From positions 151,710 to 215,709 of the forward strand of contig NW_003314262.1 in assembly GCF_000143415.4 (NCBI RefSeq): a stretch of DNA of 64,000 nucleotides, in the 5' to 3' direction. Position 1 is the stretch's first letter; each line of letters opens with the position of its first letter. Source of the DNA: Selaginella moellendorffii (taxonomy: Eukaryota > Plantae > Lycopodiophyta). The notes below the pieces were generated by a model. The model saw only the letters and a list, made by a program, of their open reading frames with translations, was not told the DNA's origin and ran no database searches. Both the position numbers and the translations under genes were made by a program. Below are positions 58,779 to 64,000 of this stretch, one piece after another.

Positions 58779-60479
58779 ATGCAAACTATGGCTGATCCTT
58801 CATCGTCTTATCAATTGCTCACTGCCTCCATACGAAACTCCCAGCTCCACGAAGCCAAGCTCTTGTTTGATTCGCTCCAATCGACCACGCTCGTTCTGTG
58901 GACCGTCCTGATGGATGCGTATGCGAAGAAGGGGGACGTCTCTGCGGCTAAGAGAATGTTTGACGGGCTACCTTTGCGGGATCTGGTGTCGTGGACGTGC
59001 TTTCTTTCAGCATATGCCCGTAATGGGCATCTGCAGCAAGCAAGAGACTTGTTCCTTGAGATGCCCGAAAGGAATCTAGTCTCCTGGAACTCTTTGCTTT
59101 CGGCATATGCCGAAGGTGGGAACCTCCAAGATGCTGAGAGCATTTTTCATGAGATGCCCGAGCATAATGTGGTCTCGTGGACTTGCATACTCACAGTATA
59201 TGCCCACAATGGGCATATTACACAAGTAGAGCGAATATTTCATTCTATGCCTGAGAGAAATTTGGTATCATGGAGCTCAATGCTGGCAGCGTACACGCTC
59301 CACAAGATACTTGACCATGCAATTCAAGTGTTTAACGAGATGCCAGAGAGGAATCTAGTGTCTTGGAATGCAATGCTTTCGGGATATGCCAGAGCCGGAG
59401 AAATTGCCCGGGCCAAGGATCTCTTCGACCAGATTCCGGAACGGAATTGGGACACGTGGACGGTGATGCTCGACTGCTACATTCAGAGCGGAGATCTAAC
59501 GGCCGCAGAGATATTCCACCGCAGAATGCCAGTTCGCCACCTTGCATCTCACACGTCGTTGGTGGCGGCTTTTGTGGACCATGGCCTGGTCTCTCTAGCG
59601 AAAACTGTGTTTGACCAAGCTCCACGGTTGGATCTCATCCTGTGGACGGCCATGATTGCTGGATTTGCTCAAACGGGACAGATCAGCGACGCAAAGAGAA
59701 TGTTCGATGAGATTCCCGAGAGTGATCTAGTATCCTGGAGCTCAATGCTGGCAGTATATTCCCAGAATGGTCGTTTGGAGGAGGCCCACAGTTTGTTTTC
59801 AAGGATGCCCGAGTGGAATCTGGTATCTTGGACAAGCTTGCTAGCAGCATATTCCCAAGAAGGGCATCTACAGCAAGCGAAGCAAATCTTCTATCAGATG
59901 CCAGAGTGGCAAGTGGCCGCCTGGACGTGCATGTTCGTGGCATATGCCCAGAACGGGCATATTCGCCTTGCAAGGGACCTCTTCCATTCCATGCCAGAGA
60001 TTGACGTCATATCATGGGCCGCGATGCTGGCATCCCAGTGTGACAGTGCTACCGAATCTTCCCGTGCCCTGGAGATATTCCATGAGATGCCAATGACAAT
60101 GCCACCCAACCACGCTTGCTTCTCGTCCGTACTCATGGCCAGCATTCACAAGGGCGATGTGTACGGAGCCCGCGGCTACTTTGTTTCAATGGCCCAGGAT
60201 TACGGCCTTAATCCTCTCAAAGCCCACTATTGCTCCATGATCGACGTCTTGGGCAGGGGCGGATACCTGGAATCTGCGGCGGAGCTGATCGACACGATGC
60301 CGTTCATGGCCGACGGCGTGGATTGGACGTGCTTCCTGGCGTCGTGTAGAAATCACAGCGACCTAAAACACGGTGGAGCCGCCGCTAAGTCGGCCATTGG
60401 CAAGGAGCCACGAAACTCCGCCGCGTACGTGCTGCTCGCAAACGCCTGTAACCCTAAATTCAAACGCGACGACCGTTGA
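58779..60479 (+). CDS. PPR protein made mostly of tandem 31-aa S-type repeats with a partial E domain, 566 aa
   Basis: Repeats of MPERNLVSWN.ML.AYA..G; HYCSMIDVLGRGG...WTCFLASCRNH; no DYW. Confidence 0.93.
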   Translation: MQTMADPSSSYQLLTASIRNSQLHEAKLLFDSLQSTTLVLWTVLMDAYAKKGDVSAAKRMFDGLPLRDLVSWTCFLSAYARNGHLQQARDLFLEMPERNLVSWNSLLSAYAEGGNLQDAESIFHEMPEHNVVSWTCILTVYAHNGHITQVERIFHSMPERNLVSWSSMLAAYTLHKILDHAIQVFNEMPERNLVSWNAMLSGYARAGEIARAKDLFDQIPERNWDTWTVMLDCYIQSGDLTAAEIFHRRMPVRHLASHTSLVAAFVDHGLVSLAKTVFDQAPRLDLILWTAMIAGFAQTGQISDAKRMFDEIPESDLVSWSSMLAVYSQNGRLEEAHSLFSRMPEWNLVSWTSLLAAYSQEGHLQQAKQIFYQMPEWQVAAWTCMFVAYAQNGHIRLARDLFHSMPEIDVISWAAMLASQCDSATESSRALEIFHEMPMTMPPNHACFSSVLMASIHKGDVYGARGYFVSMAQDYGLNPLKAHYCSMIDVLGRGGYLESAAELIDTMPFMADGVDWTCFLASCRNHSDLKHGGAAAKSAIGKEPRNSAAYVLLANACNPKFKRDDR

Positions 60480-60590
60480 TTAGGTCAGGTGGTGTTTTGC
60501 CGTTAGATTCAACATAGACCGTTGATTAGGTCAGGGATCGTAGGGTTTGTTTTGCCGTTAGATTTCAAACATTCAACGTAGACCGTTGAT
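60471..60590 (+). repeat. Short tandem repeat (about 2.3 copies) starting at the PPR stop codon
   Basis: gaccgttgattaggtcagg...ttttgccgttagatt occurs twice, followed by a third gaccgttgat. Confidence 0.85.
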
Positions 60591-60649
60591 CCGCACAATG
60601 TCGGACAATGAGAGGCCAACAAACTCCACCTACCCACTTTTCACAATTA

Positions 60650-61100
60650 CGCGTGGTCGCTGACGTGGTGCCCACAGTCCACTACTTAAAGACGAAGCGA
60701 TAGAAATTTTTTACTCCTCTCAAAGGAGGGGAGCGACGAGGAATCACACACGTAGTTACCTTATCTCGTCCGTACCACTGTCTAATATGATAGGTTGTTT
60801 GTTTGGTCAATCAAACAAGAGAGACCATATGGAAGTGTAGACTATTTCCTCTCAACCGCTTCCAAGTCCCATTCACGTGAACTGGCAAGCCCATCCCCCG
60901 CCAGATTTGTGACACGTATGCGCGCCAGCTGTCTCCTGGACCGGCCGGTCGTTATATAAATCCGCCGGCGAATAAAGTCGACGCGGACTACACCGTTGGA
61001 TCGGCGTTGCCCTCCTTAACGGCCTCCAACGGCCCAAAACCAACAAAGGCGGACCACCTGGCCCAAAACTGACGGCCACGATTGTTGGTACGGAACGGCC
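60650..61100 (+). promoter_or_regulatory. MYB gene promoter with ABRE/G-box-like and AACGG elements and a TATA box
   Basis: ACGCGTGG at 60649, TGACGTGG at 60661, CACGTG at 60874, TATATAAA at 60953, several AACGG cores. Confidence 0.5.
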
Positions 61101-61241
61101 CATCCGTCGTCCATTTTAAGCTATGGTAGTTGGGCCGAGCGAAGAACCCTAAAGCTCGCGAGAGCTGCGCGAGCTGCGAGAGAGTGGAGGGGGGAGGCGG
61201 GTGGGCGATCGACGAAACTGCCTGCATTTTGTGATTGGGTG

Positions 61242-62345
61242 ATGGAATCGGCGGTGGATCGATCCATCGACAAGGTCAGGGGGCCGTGGAGCCCGGAGGA
61301 GGACGCCAATCTCCAGAAGCTCATCCAGAAGTATGGGGCGAGGAACTGGTCGCTCATCAGCAAGGGGGTTCCCGGGCGATCGGGCAAATCGTGCCGGCTG
61401 CGCTGGTGCAATCAGCTGAGCCCCCAGGTGGAGCACAAGCCCTTTTCTTGCGCCGAGGACGCGATCATCATCGAGGCGCACGCGCAGCACGGCAACAAGT
61501 GGGCGACGATCGCGCGGCTCCTCCCCGGCCGCACCGACAATGCGATCAAAAACCACTGGAATTCGACGCTGCGCCGGCGATCGCTCCACCAGCAGCAGAT
61601 CCAGCACGAGGACGACGAGCACGAGGAAGACCGCCGCCCCGATCGCAGCGAGGAGGAGGAGGAGGAGGAAGAAGAGGACGAGGCAGGCGTGGCCACTCCC
61701 GCGATTTCTAGCAGGAAGCGCGCAAGCGTCGACGCGGCGGCGGAGGATGGATCATCCAAGCGGCCCAACCTCATTTCCTTCGACATCGCGTCCCGATCCT
61801 CCGCATTCTCGAGCTACACGAAGCCCGTGGATCCAGCTCCAGCTCCTCCTCCTCCATCTACGCGCTCGACGAGCGACACCGTTCGCTTATCGCTGTCTCT
61901 CCCAGGTTCGACTCCTTCCAACACCGACGCCAGGGTCCGGGGCTCGAATCCTGTCCGCGACACCGGTGTAGCGGTCACCGGCTCGATTCCTGCCCCTAGC
62001 CCTAGAGCCCGCGCAGAGGAGTCCCCTGCTTGGGCTCCTCCCAGCGGCTTCTTGCGCGCGGACGAGGCCATGGATCTCGTCAATGCCGCGATTAGGGCAG
62101 CAGTGGCGCAGGTATTGGCGCCCCCAATCTTGCCCGAGCCGATCGATGCCCGGATCGAGAGTAACAAGGCGCTGGCGTCGATGCTCAAGCAAATGGTGGC
62201 CAAGGAGGTCCACAACTACATCTCGTCCGTCCAGGAACAGCAACAGCAGCAGCATCTCCACCGTAGGCATCACTTTTTTGGGCATCGTTCGGCCGCTGCG
62301 GCTGCCACTTCCGCCATGCCACCGCCGCCCAGAAGTGTGAGCTGA
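61242..62345 (+). CDS. Intronless R2R3-MYB of subgroup 22 (MYB44/73/77-like)
   Basis: [66 protein letters not shown]-like motif, [11 protein letters not shown]. Confidence 0.93.
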   Translation: MESAVDRSIDKVRGPWSPEEDANLQKLIQKYGARNWSLISKGVPGRSGKSCRLRWCNQLSPQVEHKPFSCAEDAIIIEAHAQHGNKWATIARLLPGRTDNAIKNHWNSTLRRRSLHQQQIQHEDDEHEEDRRPDRSEEEEEEEEEDEAGVATPAISSRKRASVDAAAEDGSSKRPNLISFDIASRSSAFSSYTKPVDPAPAPPPPSTRSTSDTVRLSLSLPGSTPSNTDARVRGSNPVRDTGVAVTGSIPAPSPRARAEESPAWAPPSGFLRADEAMDLVNAAIRAAVAQVLAPPILPEPIDARIESNKALASMLKQMVAKEVHNYISSVQEQQQQQHLHRRHHFFGHRSAAAAATSAMPPPPRSVS

Positions 62346-63329
62346 GTTTCGGTCGATCGCGTATGGATGAATCAATGTCATCTTTTGTTTTTGTCATCGA
62401 AGGAAACTAATTGGAAACTAGCGAAGAAGTTGGTTGAAAATCGTGACTGACGATAGCTCAAACCTTAAAGGCACAGGGTATGTTTCCAAGTAATGTTAAG
62501 TTCGGGATTATTTTATACCAGTGATAAGAACCTCATGCCAACGCCTTTCTGTGACAATTTGAAGCTCCATGACAAACAAACAAACCTTGTCCCATTTCTC
62601 CTGGGCCACGCTTTGGAGTTCTATTCCAGGATCCATTTACTGTCATAATCTTGCAGCAGGAGGGCATCCACTTGGCTGTGATGACATTTCCCCGCCAAAG
62701 CTTCATATGGCATTTTGTTCGCTCCCGTCAACCTGACTCCTGGCAATGTCATCCATGCATTGGAATCCCCACTTACATCATAAATAGGTTAGCTAGATGC
62801 TAATTGAATGTCCTTAAGCCTATATAATCTGATCTTGCAGACAGTCTTGTATAGGTTAATCCTTAATGTAGACTATTAGTATCATATGATGAGCATGTCA
62901 TGGGCATTAGATAAGCACATTCATTGGATTGCATAATGTGGTCGCTTACTTGTGTTTCCAGGCTAAAATCCTCAGTAAAATACCAGACAAAAGGTTCTAA
63001 GCTATGTATTAGATATGGCTTTTTGCTATACTAACTAGTGAAGCTTCTAATACAGATGTCACTGGTGATAACAATAGACTACGCTAAAGAGAATCACCAG
63101 GGGCCTCCAGTTGACAAGATTGTTGGGTCAGTCCAGTAAGAAATCCAAACATTGCAAAAGGCTCTCAAGAAGCTTGCATGTGGGAGATATCAGTAAAGGT
63201 CAACAAATTCCCTCTCTCAGATTGTTGTGGAAATCTCATATTTCTTACTTCCAGGTGATTCAAATGGCAGCAGAGGTTGAGAAAACGGAAAAGGGGCTAC
63301 TCCAACCAGGCAGCAGGCAAGGAAGAAGG

Positions 63330-63570
63330 ATCATCACGAGGTATGCTCCATTTTTTTCTCTTCAGGACGGAATCGTTCCTAACAAGTTCGTGTTGGTGAA
63401 AGCCTTAACCAGTGCTTACTCGAGCCTTACACAGGAGCAGATGTTTATTAGAGGCAGTGAGTGGTTCCGACCGTGTTGCTGGAAATACAGCTATCAACAT
63501 GTATGAGAAGTTTGGGTGCGTGGAATCGGCAAAGGCTGTGTTTGACAGAGTTATGGCGGCAGAGCTTTGG
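63330..63570 (+). pseudogene. Small PPR remnant
   Basis: QDGIVPNKFVLVKAL and SDRVAGNTAINMYEKFGCVESAKAVFDRV in different frames. Confidence 0.6.
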
Positions 63571-63772
63571 CCAGCGGCAGAGATGCGAGTGGGCTCTCCA
63601 GATGTTTCGAAAGCTCACCTCTGAAAAAGAAATACCATGAATAATAATTCATATTATACAATTTGTTTTTATAAAGGGTTTGTTGTAAATATTATAAACT
63701 ATACTATAGTTTCTTATAAACTATGTTATACTTGTACTAGTTTTTCTCATCAAATGTTGGACTGTGCAAAAC

Positions 63773-63777
<5 letters not shown>

Positions 63778-63829
<52 letters not shown>

Positions 63830-63845
63830 CACACACACACACACA
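63778..63845. repeat. Compound (TA)n(CA)n microsatellite
   Basis: Directly visible. Confidence 0.97.
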
Positions 63846-64000
63846 ATACAATATAGACCATGCTCTTGGAAATATGAATATATTTAGAACATAGATTTTA
63901 AGAAAACTAATACCCAACCCAGAAAAAAGTAAAAAATGAATTGCTAAGAATAAATAATTTTTAAATATATTAGCTGCAAAGTATAAGCCAATAATATGAG

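Noticed and set aside
62480-63330. Possible gene downstream of the MYB
   Set aside because: No sustained ORF, splice pattern or motif that I could support.
1-64000. rRNA, tRNA or other structured ncRNA genes
   Set aside because: None recognised by eye; a covariance-model scan would be needed to exclude them.

Overview
Gene-dense land-plant nuclear DNA with very short GT-AG introns and several PLS-class PPR genes. This style suggests a lycophyte such as Selaginella (inference). The right part (38.9-62.3 kb) is an ordinary gene run: DYW-PPR, CAAX protease FACE1/STE24, two P2B Ca2+-ATPases, an A1 aspartic protease, a group III WRKY, a glyoxalase/VOC protein, an S-repeat PPR and a subgroup-22 R2R3-MYB. 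The left 39 kb is a heavily rearranged S-domain (B-lectin/EGF/PAN) non-RD receptor-kinase locus bracketed by a NAT transporter gene and the DYW-PPR gene. Best candidate for an undescribed system: the unit NAT-[SD-RLK core]-PPR occurs twice in tandem, joined at 30433/30434. The flanks are about 98% identical with mostly synonymous differences, but the two receptor cores are very different, as if two deeply diverged haplotypes of a hypervariable receptor locus were stitched together. Core 1 is TE-filled and holds a ~4.4-kb near-perfect inverted duplication of one RLK (one copy intact, one frameshifted) plus a split RLK pseudogene. Core 2 is compact, with a head-to-head RLK/kinase-less receptor pair and a third RLK. 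All comparisons were made by eye; no searches or alignments were run.
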